Assembly: GCF_006345805.1 (NCBI RefSeq)
Contig: NW_021832880.1
Location: 1-29,763, forward strand
DNA length: 29,763 bases
Source: Octopus sinensis
Lineage: Eukaryota
Reading direction: 5' to 3'
Shown: positions 10,659 through 22,667 of the stretch, piece after piece
Numbering within the stretch: position 1 is the stretch's first letter
How the letters are laid out: each line of letters begins with the position of its first letter
The notes under the pieces: model-generated
What the model was told of the DNA's origin: nothing
The model's database searches: none
The model's input: only the letters and a program-made list of their open reading frames with translations
Made by a program: the position numbers and the translations under genes

Positions 10659-11922
10659 ATATATATATAGATATATATTGCTCGTGTCAGGGTTCCTTTT
10701 TGCTTATGTGTAAGTGTCTTCTATTATTCTTACAACGGTACAAAATGTTTCAGTCTCAACCCACAGGTTCGGAGATCAAATCGCATGGCAAAAGCAGTGC
10801 AAAGTAAAAAAATACTTGGTAGTGTTATGCTGAACCCAGCAAATCATGTGTTATGGCATCAACCGTCAACAAGAAGCAAAATTGAATATATTCATGGTTG
10901 ACATCCATAGAGGCAAGCTATCATGACAGAAGATTGATAAATTGATAAATGGATATCTTATTTAGTAACATTGTATCATGTTTTGAGCAGAGTCTCCGCT
11001 CGAATGTTCTAAAGGTAACCGATATATCTTGTATTTTGATAAGAAAAAAAAGTTGTTGCTGCTTTATATTACAAGAGTTGTTTGTATTTTATTTTTTAAA
11101 ATTTCTATTCCGTTTTTTGTTTTCTCTTTTTTCTTTCAATGTCATCATCTTGTTATTCTGTTTTTCTGAGTTCTACAAACAGAATCAGTAACATTTCTCA
11201 GTGAAGAAAAAATAAAAGCCAACAACAAAAACAAAAACAAAATGGAGGCAATCATCACATCTTCGTTCATCAGAGACAAGCAAATCAGACCCGTTATTAT
11301 ACGGGGGGGGGGAACACTGGTATGTGTTGTGGTATTAAATAAATATGCTGTTTATCTATAATAGACGTAGATAAAAGGCCATTATATTGATTACAGAAAT
11401 CACTCGAGTAAAACAAACAAATCGAAATAAAACTAACAAAACAATCGCTAAAACTGTGAACAGATACTGGAGCCAGACTATGTTCCTGCATTACATATCA
11501 GTCGCTATAGAGTTTCTTTCTGCTTGAGAGAGACTGACTGGTTTATGTGTACTCTGGCTTGCATTCCTCTGTGAGGAGATAGAGCAATGTTTAAACTCTT
11601 AACTTAACCCAAACATAAACAGTAAAATAGACGTCTAAATGGCTGAGATGGGTAGTTAATAAGAAATTTCTAGACTATTAAACTCAGCATCTGTAGAATG
11701 TATTTTTAAGAATATGGTCGTCAGGTGGTTTACATGTTCGCTTCGCAACTATGTGCAAGTGGATTAGATCCCACTGCCAGGGATTTGAGCGTGTGTCTTC
11801 TAGTATAATTGAAAATATTGAATAGCCTCTCGATAACCAAAATCGCGGGAATGAAACTGAGAGGACAGAAGCTGAGGGTGTTCGGTGTATACATACACAT
11901 GTACACACACATACATATATAT

Positions 11923-12142
11923 ATTTCTTTATTGCCCACAAGGGGCTAAACATAGAGGGGACAAACAAGGACAGACCAGGCAAAGGGATTAAGTCGATGA
12001 CATCAACCCAGCGCGTAACTGGTACTTCATTTATCGACCCCGAAAGGATGAAAGGCAAAGTCGACCTCGGCGGAATTTGAAATCAGAACATAACAGTTAA
12101 GCATTTCGCCTGGCGCGCTAACGTTTATGCCAGCTCGCCGCC
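11923..12142 (-). mobile_element. SINE family A
   Basis: ttatcgaccccgaaaggatgaaaggcaaagtcgacctcggcggaatttgaaatcagaac...gccagctcgccgcc. Confidence 0.9.
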
Positions 12143-12494
12143 TCACACATACATATATATGACGAGCTTCTGCATAGTTTCTATCAACTAATTTCACTGA
12201 CAAAATACTGATCAAGCCAAGTCTATCGTAGAAGGTTCTTTACAAATCTATGCATATTATGATCTAAACCTCATCGCGTAGCTTCAAATTGAACTTCTTA
12301 ACCCTACAGCTGTGCCTTCGCTATATCTCTCTGCTATCCCTCTCTGGAACACGAAAACTGAGCTCCAAATTTAGGTCCGTCATGAGGAAACGAGAGGATA
12401 CTTATACAGTCGCACACTCGAACGGAAATAGCAGCCGAGTTTTTTTATCCCTTAAACACGTACTTCCGTCAGTAAGGACACACTACGTAAAGTA

Positions 12495-13017
12495 CCGTAA
12501 ATCCTCGAGTATAATCCGCATTTTTTCCCCAAAATTTAAAGGTCAAAATCCCTAGTGCGTACTATATACAAGGTTAAAAAGGAAAATTATTTTCAAACAA
12601 TGTCCGAGTCTCTATTTGCTGTCCGGCAATGTTTATTCAGACGCATTTTGTGATGTCGGGTGCGAAAATACCTTAAGCTAAGCCAGAAACCAATAAAGTC
12701 ATAAAAGAATCATCCATTACTTGCAGTAAGCAACATTTATTAAACGTTATTACTGTTATTACTGTTATTTCTTTATTTTCTGCAAACAAAATGCACAAAA
12801 AAGCTACACGTTTGCATCATGTTATATATACAATAATAATAAAGGACGTTACCGTATACAGTTTTACAAACCAAGGTCGTTATATAGACCTCCTTGACTC
12901 AAGTTAGAGAAGGGGTGCGTATTATACACAAGGTTTAGGTTTTTCAGAGTTACAGCCTCCTAAAATTCCTCTGCGTATTATTATACTCAAGGGCGGACTA
13001 TACTCAAGGATTTATGG
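12495..13017. mobile_element. MITE / non-autonomous DNA transposon, Tc2-pogo-like ends
   Basis: TA flanks (12493-12494, 13018-13019); 25-bp TIRs CCGTAAATCCTCGAGTATAATCCGC and CCATAAATCCTTGAGTATAGTCCGC match at 22/25; no ORF. Confidence 0.85.
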
Positions 13018-13811
13018 TAATCACATATACACTATAACTTTAAAATAATAACAAAAATATGGAGTAGCCACGTTTAGAACGCCTTGGATCCGAGATCTAC
13101 AGGATTAAGACTGATGTGTAGTTAGTTAGAGCATAACATCTTGGCTGACTTTATTTTTTCAGCTTCGAAAACTCGGATGAAGTTCATAATTCGTGGCATC
13201 GTGGTTGAAATGAAATCAGTATAGAATATCAGTTATGTTATTGTTAACATATTTCATGTAGTGACAATTAAAATCTAATACGTATAATTACATTTTTAAG
13301 TATTTTGCAAACCACGGGAGTTAAATCCCGATATGCTTCTATTATATTATAGCCTCATCAGTGTAAGTATATTATTAAGAGTGACATTAACTCAAACACT
13401 CCACTTGTAAAATAGTTACGTTAATATTAACGCATTTAGTGCTGAGAGTATTAAAGACAGCTAGACTAGAAGTACTTACGCGGTAATGAAAAGGAACAAC
13501 AACAACAAAAAATAAACAATATAAATCAATGATTATTATTATCATTGTTCTATAAATATGTTAGGTTTTGATTTACTTCATTTGAAAACCAATAATCACC
13601 TTACGGTTGGAATTCGTATACTTAAAAGAAGGAATTTTACTTAATTCGTCCTCTGTCACTAGTTTAATATGAATGGCGGTTTTCTAGAGACGCTAATTTT
13701 AAATACCAATTAGATGAAAAACGAACAGTTCAAAGAGATTTGAGGTCTGGTTCGTGTATAATGAGTTTAATGGATTCAGCGATTAAGCGCAAATGAACTG
13801 CATCCAAACTA

Positions 13812-13908
13812 TTCTATTCTTCTTCTTCTTCTTCTTCTTCTTCTTCTCTTATTATTATTTATTATTATTATTATTATTATTATATTATTATTATTATTAT
13901 TATTATTA

Positions 13909-13984
<76 letters not shown>

Positions 13985-14015
13985 TATTATTATTATTTTA
14001 TATTATTATTATTAT
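13812..14015. repeat. (TTC)n-(TAT)n-(CAT)n compound triplet repeat
   Basis: Seen directly. Confidence 0.95.
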
Positions 14016-14271
14016 CGTTGTTTTTTTAATTTCTTTGTGTCATTGTTATGCTTTCGTTCTTTTAACCGCAATGTATATAGACGCCTATATACAGTTTTAT
14101 CTCGCTGCTCTTTCCTTTTCTGTTAATATCTACCTATATAATAATATACGTGTAGTGACTAGCAGAACTTTATGCTTTTTATTTTATTATATTTAGTAAA
14201 TGATGGGGTTTTGGTTATATTTGCCTGCATTTTTTTCTACTTTTTTTATAATCATTCACAAATGTAATCCT

Positions 14272-14415
14272 ACAGGGAATGAATTAGCCGAGTCGTTAGA
14301 ACGTCTGATAGAATGCGTTGAGCTTTTTGTACAAATTCTCTACGCTCTGAGTTCAAATCCCGCCGAAGTTAGTTTCGCCTTTTATACTTTCACGGTCGAT
14401 AAATAAACTACAAGT
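14272..14415 (+). mobile_element. SINE family A, old copy
   Basis: gaattagccgagtcgttag...ctgagttcaaatcccgccgaagttagtttcgccttt...ggtcgataaa. Confidence 0.7.
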
Positions 14416-14475
14416 CATATATTTCTTTCGATTCGATACTTCTCTTTCATTTTCTCTTCCTTGTTGTGCGTCTAG

Positions 14476-14622
14476 TTTTCTTTCTGGTCTAAATCGGCCG
14501 TGGTCAGATGTGCAAAGGAAAGGTCTGTGTCTACCACATCAAAAGCTGCTCAAAACAACATATGTCCCGACGGCCCATCTACAACTCCATTAATAGTGAA
14601 GGACCCAAGTCAAGAAATATAA
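14476..14622 (+). CDS. Possible terminal coding exon of an unidentified gene (FSFWSKSAVVRCAKERSVSTTSKAAQNNICPDGPSTTPLIVKDPSQEI*)
   Basis: Pyrimidine tract ending in TAG at 14473-14475, then 48 open codons of non-repetitive composition and TAA. No homology recognised and no partner exons established. Confidence 0.2.
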   Translation, partial: FSFWSKSAVVRCAKERSVSTTSKAAQNNICPDGPSTTPLIVKDPSQEI

Positions 14623-14944
14623 GTGTTCTTTCTGCTTTCAATCCTCACATGCAGGTTACTTTAATTTCCAAGCCCTTAAATTTAAACTACGCAGCTATGT
14701 GTGACTGTACACCTGACGTGTATACACGTTGCTATTTAAGGGTTCTTTGGGCAGTGGAGAAGGTTAATTGAGTATCTACGTTACTTCAGGTTTGCTTTAT
14801 TGTGACGTTTCTAATGTTATACTGGGGTTTATTTTGGTGTTTCGTTTGTAGGGATTAGTACAAAACATGACCGTGTGAATTGCATAAATTTCTTGAATAT
14901 TGCATTAAATGATGCGGGTGTGCAAGATGTGTATTGTTTTATAT

Positions 14945-15056
14945 TGTTTTTACTTGTTTCAGTCATTGTACCGCGGCCATGCTGGGGCTTCGCTCTAAAG
15001 AACCCAGCACCTTTTTAAAGTTTGATTCTTATTCTACCGATCTCTTTTGCCGCACC
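14945..15056 (-). mobile_element. SINE family B 3' fragment
   Basis: cttgtttcagtcatt...gcggccatgctgg...ttattctaccgatctcttttgccg matches the family B tail. Confidence 0.7.
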
Positions 15057-15079
15057 CGATGGCTAATGTGTATATGAGC

Positions 15080-15166
<87 letters not shown>

Positions 15167-15180
15167 CATCCATCCATCTG

Positions 15181-15257
<77 letters not shown>

Positions 15258-15290
15258 TTATCTATCGATCTATCTATCTATCTATTTGTA
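15080..15290. repeat. (TATC)n
   Basis: About 50 near-perfect units. Confidence 0.95.
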
Positions 15291-15308
15291 TGTGTGTGTA
15301 TGTGTGAA

Positions 15309-15629
15309 GGCGCGTGTTTTAGTGGTTGGGATATTGAGCTCACGATCGTAGGGTCGTGAGTTCAATTCTCGGCGACGCATTGTGTCCCAGAGCAAGACAC
15401 TTTATTTTCACGCTGCTCCAGTCCTTTCAGCTGGCAAAAAGGAGTAGTACCTGTATTTCAAAGGGACAACCTCGTCACATTCTGTGTCATGCTGAATCTC
15501 CCGGAGAACTGAGTTAAGGGTACAAGTGTCTGCGGAGTGCTCAACCACTTGCACGTTAATCTTACGAACGGTCTGTTCTATTGATCGTATCAGCTGGGAC
15601 CCTCGTCGTTGTAACCGACGGAGTGCTCC
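15309..15629 (+). mobile_element. SINE family C
   Basis: tRNA-like head ggcgcgtgttttagtggtt...gtgagttcaattctcgg, then gagcaagacacttta, and a 3' module ending ctcgtcgttgtaaccgacggagtgct; homologous to 25488-25812. Confidence 0.85.
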
Positions 15630-16199
15630 TATGTATACATATGTATGTATATAAATATCTACACACGCACACACACATATATATACATACATATGTATGT
15701 ATATATATATGTGTGTGTGTGGGTGTATATATATATGTTATATATCTGTGAGTAAACATATACATATGCATACACATACACGTATATATGCACATACAAA
15801 CATATTAAAGAAGAAAATAATTGTATACACACACGCGCGCGCACATAGATGTATATGCATGCATGTATGTATGGATGGATAGATGTATGTATATATGTAT
15901 GTATGTATGTACGTATGAAAGAAAATTCGTTTTGTGGTTGAAAATACCTTGGTCGGAAAACAAATTGTAGGTCGTTCTTAGTTTTTAAAAACTTATTAAG
16001 ATACTATACAGGTGCTAAAACTTTTTGTCAATAGTAAATATAAAATATAAAGCAAAAATGTTGAAATAAAGAGAATGCATAAGTGGAAGTTCCGTGGCAC
16101 GTAGGCGCTTGAGTGACAAGGATAGATCAGAGCATATATCTGTATGAATACATACATATGTCTGTGCGTATTTATGTGTGAAATATATAATACGTATGT

Positions 16200-16212
16200 A
16201 GATAGATAGATA

Positions 16213-16265
<53 letters not shown>
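16200..16265. repeat. (GATA)n
   Basis: Seen directly. Confidence 0.9.
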
Positions 16266-16539
16266 TCATGATAAATAATATATTGCAACGTGAAATAAAT
16301 ATAGCGAACTGAATACAAGGTGAAGTAAATATATTATTAAGCAAAGATGTAAGAAAAATATCTTAGTGCTTCAAATTTCATCAGATAAATAAAATGAATT
16401 ATGCAGTATTGCCCATAGATATCAGACGTACGAAGTTTACATAGGAAAAGAGGGATATTATCATACTTATTCATCTGAGGAAACTTTAAGTAGCAAATAA
16501 TTATCTCCTAAAATATATTTAATAATAATGGTTTCAAAT

Positions 16540-16715
16540 TTTCGCTCAAGGCTAGGAATTTTAGAGAGAGAATGTTAATCGAGTACATCAATTCCAGTAC
16601 TTGACACGTTCTTTATTTTATCGACCGCGAAAGGATGAAATACAAAATATGGCATCGGCGAAATTTCAGTTCAGAGCAAAATATTTGGCCCGGCGCTATA
16701 GCGATTCCACCATCT
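16540..16715 (-). mobile_element. SINE family A, degraded
   Basis: tttatcgaccgcgaaaggatgaaa...tcggcgaaatttcagttcagagc. Confidence 0.65.
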
Positions 16716-16786
16716 AACGTATATAAACATATAGACATACATACACTCACGAAAAAATATAACATATATTTATATATTGTATTCAT

Positions 16787-16827
16787 ATAATAATAATGAT
16801 GATAATAATAATAATAATAATAATAAC

Positions 16828-16862
<35 letters not shown>

Positions 16863-16926
16863 CAATAATAATAATAATAATAAAAATAATAATAGTAATA
16901 ATAATAATACTAATAGTAATAATAAC

Positions 16927-16978
<52 letters not shown>

Positions 16979-17113
16979 TAATAATAATAATAATATAACC
17001 GTTCTCTGCCTGAGGTAACGGGAAGACACTCGGCAAGAAATGAAAACAGAATTGAAAGAAGATGCTAACGAAAATGATAATAATAATAACAATAATAATA
17101 ATAATAATAATAA
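16787..17113. repeat. (AAT)n tracts left of the 17114-17669 element
   Basis: AAT arrays at 16787-16997 and 17077-17113 around a short unique spacer. Confidence 0.9.
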
Positions 17114-17669
17114 ATGCCCTGATGCAGTACCAGGCAGTGGCTCTCATGGCTTCTGATCTTAACTGATTGGAAGTGTTATCATGTACATTGTTTTGTCTTG
17201 GTATAAAAAATGGGCTACAGCAAATATTCTGCTCAATACCACAGATTTGCTTCTCAGTTGTTTGACCGTAACCAGTTGAGCATGTCCCTTAGTGGCTGAC
17301 GATATGTGCATCTCTGATCACGAGCAGAAGTAGTTGGGGAGCATCATGGCCATGTGTTGAGAGGAATTCTTTGGGGTTTGGATAATTCACCATTGGAAAC
17401 ATGGGTATTTCGTTCATCATCCTTAAACAAACCTTATTCAGGGACCTTTTGAGTGGGATGGGTTACTCGACCAGAAGAAAATTCTAACTGGGCCCCACCT
17501 GCAAGGTCATGTGCTGTTTATCTTGATATGAGATCACCATGTCGCGCACATATGGTTGTGATGCATGTGCCTGGTGTACCCTTATCAGACGGGTAGTCAT
17601 GATGGGCATATTGGGCTTCGTATATTTTACCCCAGTGTCACTTTGATGGCATGCACTGCTCTCTCACTC
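17114..17669. mobile_element. Putative non-autonomous element (~556 bp) embedded in (AAT)n
   Basis: Non-repetitive, GC-richer block with (AAT)n abutting both ends. I recall it as an abundant octopus repeat, but there is only one copy here and no ORF or TIR. Confidence 0.55.
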
Positions 17670-17725
<56 letters not shown>

Positions 17726-17726
<1 letters not shown>

Positions 17727-17892
17727 CCTTTCTTCTAAAGGTACAAGGAATGAAATTTTATGGGAGGGGACTAGCCGATTACAAGAAAGGCAAAGTCGAC
17801 CTCGGCGTAGTCTGAACTCAGAACGTGCAGAGGGACAAAAAGCCGCTAAGCAGTTTGCCTGGCGTGCTAACGGTTCTGTCAGCTCGCCGCCT
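17726..17892 (-). mobile_element. SINE family A variant with alternative tail and internal deletion
   Basis: aaaggcaaagtcgacctcggcg...gtcagctcgccgcc preceded by ttctaaaggtacaaggaatgaaattttatgggagggg. Confidence 0.75.
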
Positions 17893-17926
17893 TAATAATA
17901 ATAAAATTAATACTAAAAATAATGGT

Positions 17927-17974
<48 letters not shown>

Positions 17975-18040
17975 TATTATTATTATTATTATTATTTTTA
18001 TTACTATTATTATCATTATTATTATTATTATTTTTATTAC

Positions 18041-18086
<46 letters not shown>

Positions 18087-18133
18087 TCAACTACGACAGT
18101 AACCACGACCTCAAAATGTCGACATTGATGAAA

Positions 18134-18179
<46 letters not shown>

Positions 18180-18180
18180 C
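17893..18180. repeat. (AAT)n/(TAT)n inverted array followed by (GAT)n
   Basis: Polarity switch centred at 17973/17974. Confidence 0.9.
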
Positions 18181-18311
18181 AGGGTGTTGGTTGTATTAAT
18201 TGTATTGTGGTACGGTTGATAGCAGTACGATATAAAAACTTCTTCCTTTTTTTTATATTTTCTTCCAACACTTGACAATTAGGAAGAAAATCGGCTGAAA
18301 ATACCTATAGG

Positions 18312-18347
<36 letters not shown>

Positions 18348-18929
18348 TACATTATACATGCATGCATACACACATACTCGTATATATACTTACACATACA
18401 TAGATGCATTCATATGCACATACATTTACACATGCATATATATACATATACACACATATAGTTTCTCTGTTGAGTGAGTGGTTTTGGGCTACTTGAGTTG
18501 ATATAAATAATCAATAAAAACCCTTCTTTATTTTTTTCCTGACACCGGACCCTAGACACGCCACATATCACAAAAGATCAATACCTTGAGAAATACATGG
18601 TTTAATCTCCCTGTCACTATTTTCGCAACTTTTTTGTAATTCTTCTCAAGTTAATTCTTTTATTTTATTCGCTTTTATGTGTTTGCACGAGTGTGCGTGT
18701 ATGAAGTTGTGCTCGTGTAGGCGTGTGTGTGTGTGTGTATGTATGTATGTGTGTGTGTGTGTGTATGTGTGCGTGTGTACCGGTGTGTGTGTGTGTCTTT
18801 CTATATATTTATTTATTTGTTTTGTATACGTTCTTCTAAGGTGTGGCACAGAAGGAATTTGATCGATAATTAGACAGAAAATCCTCTTTAATGTTGTATG
18901 TATGTATGTTTGTAACTTCTATGTAGTTC

Positions 18930-18933
18930 TATG

Positions 18934-18989
<56 letters not shown>

Positions 18990-19039
18990 AAACACACATA
19001 GATATATATGTATATATATATATATATTATATATATATA

Positions 19040-19090
<51 letters not shown>

Positions 19091-19363
19091 TCGCGTGTTT
19101 CAATGTGTTTATCAGTTGCGTGCATAAGATTTTATAGGGGCTTTGTGTGTGTATATATATATATATATACACACACATAACGTTTGTGTGTATGTATGTA
19201 TGTAATTATACTTGTATGAGTATGCTGACCTATATGTATGTATACAATGCGTATATACAAGTAAATCTAATTTCTCTATAATGGTATTCATGCATATATA
19301 TATATATATATATACACGCACACTCCCGCATACATATGTACATTCATACATACACAAATGTAT

Positions 19364-19400
<37 letters not shown>

Positions 19401-19423
19401 GTACGTGTGTGCATACGCATATG

Positions 19424-19457
<34 letters not shown>

Positions 19458-19530
19458 ATTAGTGTTTTTACGTATCTATTCCCGTGTGTACGTGTATACG
19501 TGTGTGTTCCTGTTGAACTGATATGTTTCG
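18930..19530. repeat. TA/CA-rich compound microsatellite
   Basis: Seen directly. Confidence 0.9.
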
Positions 19531-19633
19531 TAATCTGCGTTTCATTACCTGCAAACTGCGTCTGCCTATATATGTGTTTATTTGTGTCTGTATAATTTTA
19601 TTGGTCTGTATGCTTATGTTATTAAAACGAATA

Positions 19634-19860
19634 GGATTAGCAACAAGGAAAATTCTGGGGTGGGGTGGGGTGGTGGGAAAATAAGCGACTTCCAATTATC
19701 GTTGCTAATCCATGACGTCTTTCATGTTATTGGTTGCTAATCACTGGCCATTTTCAGACATAATCGGCCCCACGGTGGCAAACTGTTGTTACTCTCTAGA
19801 CGCTACACGATTTAATGAATTAGTGACGCGGTATTTTATTAATAACGATTAATAAATATA
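19634..19860. promoter_or_regulatory. Candidate cis-regulatory motif cluster
   Basis: GTTGCTAATC three times (19635-19644 minus, 19701-19710, 19733-19742), G4/GT-box at 19657-19677, CCAAT at 19692, TGACGTC at 19713, ATTGG at 19729, several TAAT/ATTA sites. No linked gene is visible. Confidence 0.25.
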
Positions 19861-19899
19861 CAGCAGTATTGCTTGATATAATTGGTGAGTGGAAAACCG

Positions 19900-20080
19900 T
19901 GAGACAACAGAATCATTTTCGTGCCGGACAAATTACTTAGTGGCCTTTCGTTTGTCTTTACGTTCTGAGTTCAAATGTCACAGGGCTCGATAAAATACGT
20001 CCTAGTTGAACACTGGGGTCGATGAAATCGACTGGCTCCCTCTCTCAAAATTTCAACCTTTGTGTCTATAGTAGAAAAGA
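19900..20080 (+). mobile_element. SINE family A, old copy with alternative tail
   Basis: ttacgttctgagttcaaat...ctcgataaaatacg...cactggggtcgat...aaaatttcaacctttgtgtctatagtagaaaag. Confidence 0.7.
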
Positions 20081-20619
20081 TGTGACTGTTGAATATTTGG
20101 TAAAGAAGTGCGCATTGCAAACATGTGCTACCGGGTTCGATTCCCTTGCGTAGCACCTAGGTTACATATGTTCTTCATTGGACTCGTGTGATCAAGTACT
20201 TTGTGACTGGAATTTCGTTGACGAAAGCTGTTTTGTAGCTCGGTGTTTCCTTAGTTTTTTTTTTTATTATTTTAAATTATACAAATCTTGTTCGGAAGTA
20301 TATCTAACACTTCATTTTCTATTGATCAACCTACCAATTGATTTTCAAGTTTCTGTAAGCTATACTATACTGACGAGCTCAAAAATACCGAAACATGAGC
20401 ATACTTGAAACTTGGGAAAATGAACGCTTGAGCACTCCGTCATTTCTCTATACTTGTAGGTTAACTTAAGAAATTAATCTGTATTTTTTTGAAATCATCT
20501 GTTTTATTTGAGATTCTATAAAAATTAATATAGCTTTCGTTTTGGCAAAGTTTTGGAAACTTCGTTTTGGCAAAGTATTGGAAACTTCTAAAGAATTCAA
20601 ATTTTGTTGCCTACAACAT

Positions 20620-20820
20620 TATGTTCATGCATTACACTGCGGCCATACAGGAGAACCACCTTGAAGAAATTTAGTCGAATGTATCAACCCCAATGCTTTT
20701 TTTTAAAGCTTTGTACTTATTCTATCACTCCCTTTTGCCGAACGGTGAAGTCACGGGGATGCAAACACACCAAATCCGGTTGTCAAGCGGTGGTGGGGAG
20801 GACAAACGCAGACACAAGGT
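20620..20820 (-). mobile_element. SINE family B 3' half
   Basis: ctgcggccata...ttagtcgaa...gtacttattctatc...ttttgccgaac...ggttgtcaagcggtggtgggg. Confidence 0.7.
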
Positions 20821-20862
20821 ACACACATATACACACATACACACACACACACACAGATATAT

Positions 20863-21092
20863 GTTTCTTTATTACCCACAAGGGGCTAAACACAGAGGGG
20901 ACAAACAAGTACAGACAAACGGATTAAATCGATTACATCGACCCCAGTGCGTCACTGGTACTTAATTTATCGACCCAAAAAGGATGAAAGGCAAAGTCGA
21001 CCTCGGCGGAATTTGAACTCAGAACGCAGCGGCGGACGAAATACAGCTAAGCATTTCGCCCGGCGTGCTAACGTTTCTGCCAGCTCGCCGCC
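20863..21092 (-). mobile_element. SINE family A, near full length
   Basis: High similarity to the reverse complement of 3787-4017. Confidence 0.9.
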
Positions 21093-21236
21093 ATTTTTCA
21101 GTTTCTTTAAGTTTCTGTTTACCAAATGCACTCACAAGGCTTTTTGTTTTTTTCGCATCGGTCGATATGGTACGCGAAGTGAGGGAGTCTTAGCTGCTAT
21201 TTCTATCATACAGAATAACCGTGTCGGATACTTTAC

Positions 21237-21444
21237 TATTTCTTTACTACCCACAAGGGGCTAAACACAGAGGGGACAAACGGATTAAGTCGATTATATT
21301 GACCCCAGTGCGTAAGTGGTACTTATTTAATCGACCCCGAAAGGATGAAAGGCAAAGTCGACCTCGGCGGAATTTGAACTCAGAACGTAACCGCAGACGA
21401 AATACTGCTAAGCATTTCGCCCGGCGTGCTAACGATTCTACCAG
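21237..21444 (-). mobile_element. SINE family A
   Basis: Same core and tail as 20863-21092. Confidence 0.9.
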
Positions 21445-21619
21445 TAGTTCAGTAATTCAACCAAACTACGTTGTTGGTAAGCAGATGTAGAATTGGGAAT
21501 ACTAAGAGACTGAGTGGCTAATAGAATTAGTGTGTGTGTGTGTGTGTGTGGAGGGGGTTATTGTTGGGGAGAGTCCTGGCAGGATAATTAGCTCTGCTGT
21601 GAGGTTTCGTGATCCTGTC

Positions 21620-21771
21620 ACCACCACATCAACACTACTGCCAGAAATATTTTCACCACTACCACAACTACCACCGCCAGCATCAACACCAACACCATCA
21701 TCAATATCACCATCATCACCTCGACCACCGTCAGTGACACCACCACCACTAACACGACAACCACCACCTCC

Positions 21772-21803
<32 letters not shown>

Positions 21804-22077
21804 CAACACTATCACCACCACCACCACCACCTACACTACGGCTACCACTACCAACACCATCACTAATAACGAATCTTCTACTACTACCACAACAAATCTT
21901 CACTACTACCACTGTCACAACTGCCACCACATCAACACCACACCGTCACTACTGTCAAAAAAACCTCCACAGCTACTATCCCCGCCACCACTACCACAAC
22001 TACTACATCGTTACTACTACCACGACTTTTATTACTACTACTACTACTACTACTACTACTATTACAACTACTACTGC

Positions 22078-22114
<37 letters not shown>

Positions 22115-22230
22115 ACTACCACTACTACTATTTCTACTAACACCACCTCTATCGCCACATCGTTACTGCTACCAAAACTTCTTTCACAATAACCATCATT
22201 GACATCACACCAGTGCTGCAGCCACAACAA
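21620..22230. repeat. ACC/ACA/ACT/GCT triplet mosaic
   Basis: Source of the Pro/Thr-rich ORF at 21530-22192. Confidence 0.9.
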
Positions 22231-22241
22231 CCTTCACTACT

Positions 22242-22425
22242 TATTTCTTTACTGTCCATAAGGGGCCACACACAGAGGGGACAAAGAAGGACAGACAAAC
22301 GGATTAAGTCAATTATATCGATCCCAGTGCGTAACTGGTACTTATTTAATCGACCCCGAAAAGATGAAAGGCAAAGCCGACCTAGGCGGAATTTGAACTC
22401 AGAACGTTTCTGCCAGCTCGCCGCC
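22242..22425 (-). mobile_element. SINE family A with internal deletion
   Basis: ctcagaacgt joins directly to ttctgccagctcgccgcc. Confidence 0.85.
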
Positions 22426-22667
22426 TTACAACTTACACTACTATCATCACCATCCCCATTACCCTACAGCCACCACCACTAACACCACCACCAGCATCAT
22501 CCCGTTACTAGTATCAAAGCAACCTTCATCAACACCACAATTATCACCATGCCGTTGCCACTTACTAAACAACCACCAGTATAGAGTGCCCAGAGAGAGG
22601 GGGGGAAAGGGAGAGGGGCGAGGGGGAGGCAGAGAGAGACAAAGAGAGAAAGGGAAGAGAGATATAC

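Noticed and set aside
11495-11566. Minus-strand exon candidate RNASQSTHKPVSLSQAERNSIATD
   Set aside because: Acceptor is plausible but the donor is weak, and there is no homology or partner exon.
11255-16390. Other CUGAUGA occurrences on the minus strand (near 11267, 13356, 16379)
   Set aside because: No stem II plus GAAA and stem III arrangement follows them.
17114-17175. Ribozyme at either end of the AAT-embedded element
   Set aside because: CUGAUGC is not the hammerhead core, and I could not build an HDV topology in either orientation.
20536-20585. 25-bp direct repeat TTCGTTTTGGCAAAGT(T/A)TTGGAAAC x2, superficially CRISPR-like
   Set aside because: Two adjacent units with no spacer, in a eukaryotic context; a simple slippage duplication.
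21530-22192. 220-aa Pro/Thr-rich mucin- or extensin-like ORF
   Set aside because: Made of ACC/ACA/ACT triplets, starts inside a GT repeat, and overlapping frames are equally open.
22599-22626. Canonical G-quadruplex motif upstream of the mariner remnant
   Set aside because: Part of a generic GA-rich low-complexity tract with no functional context.
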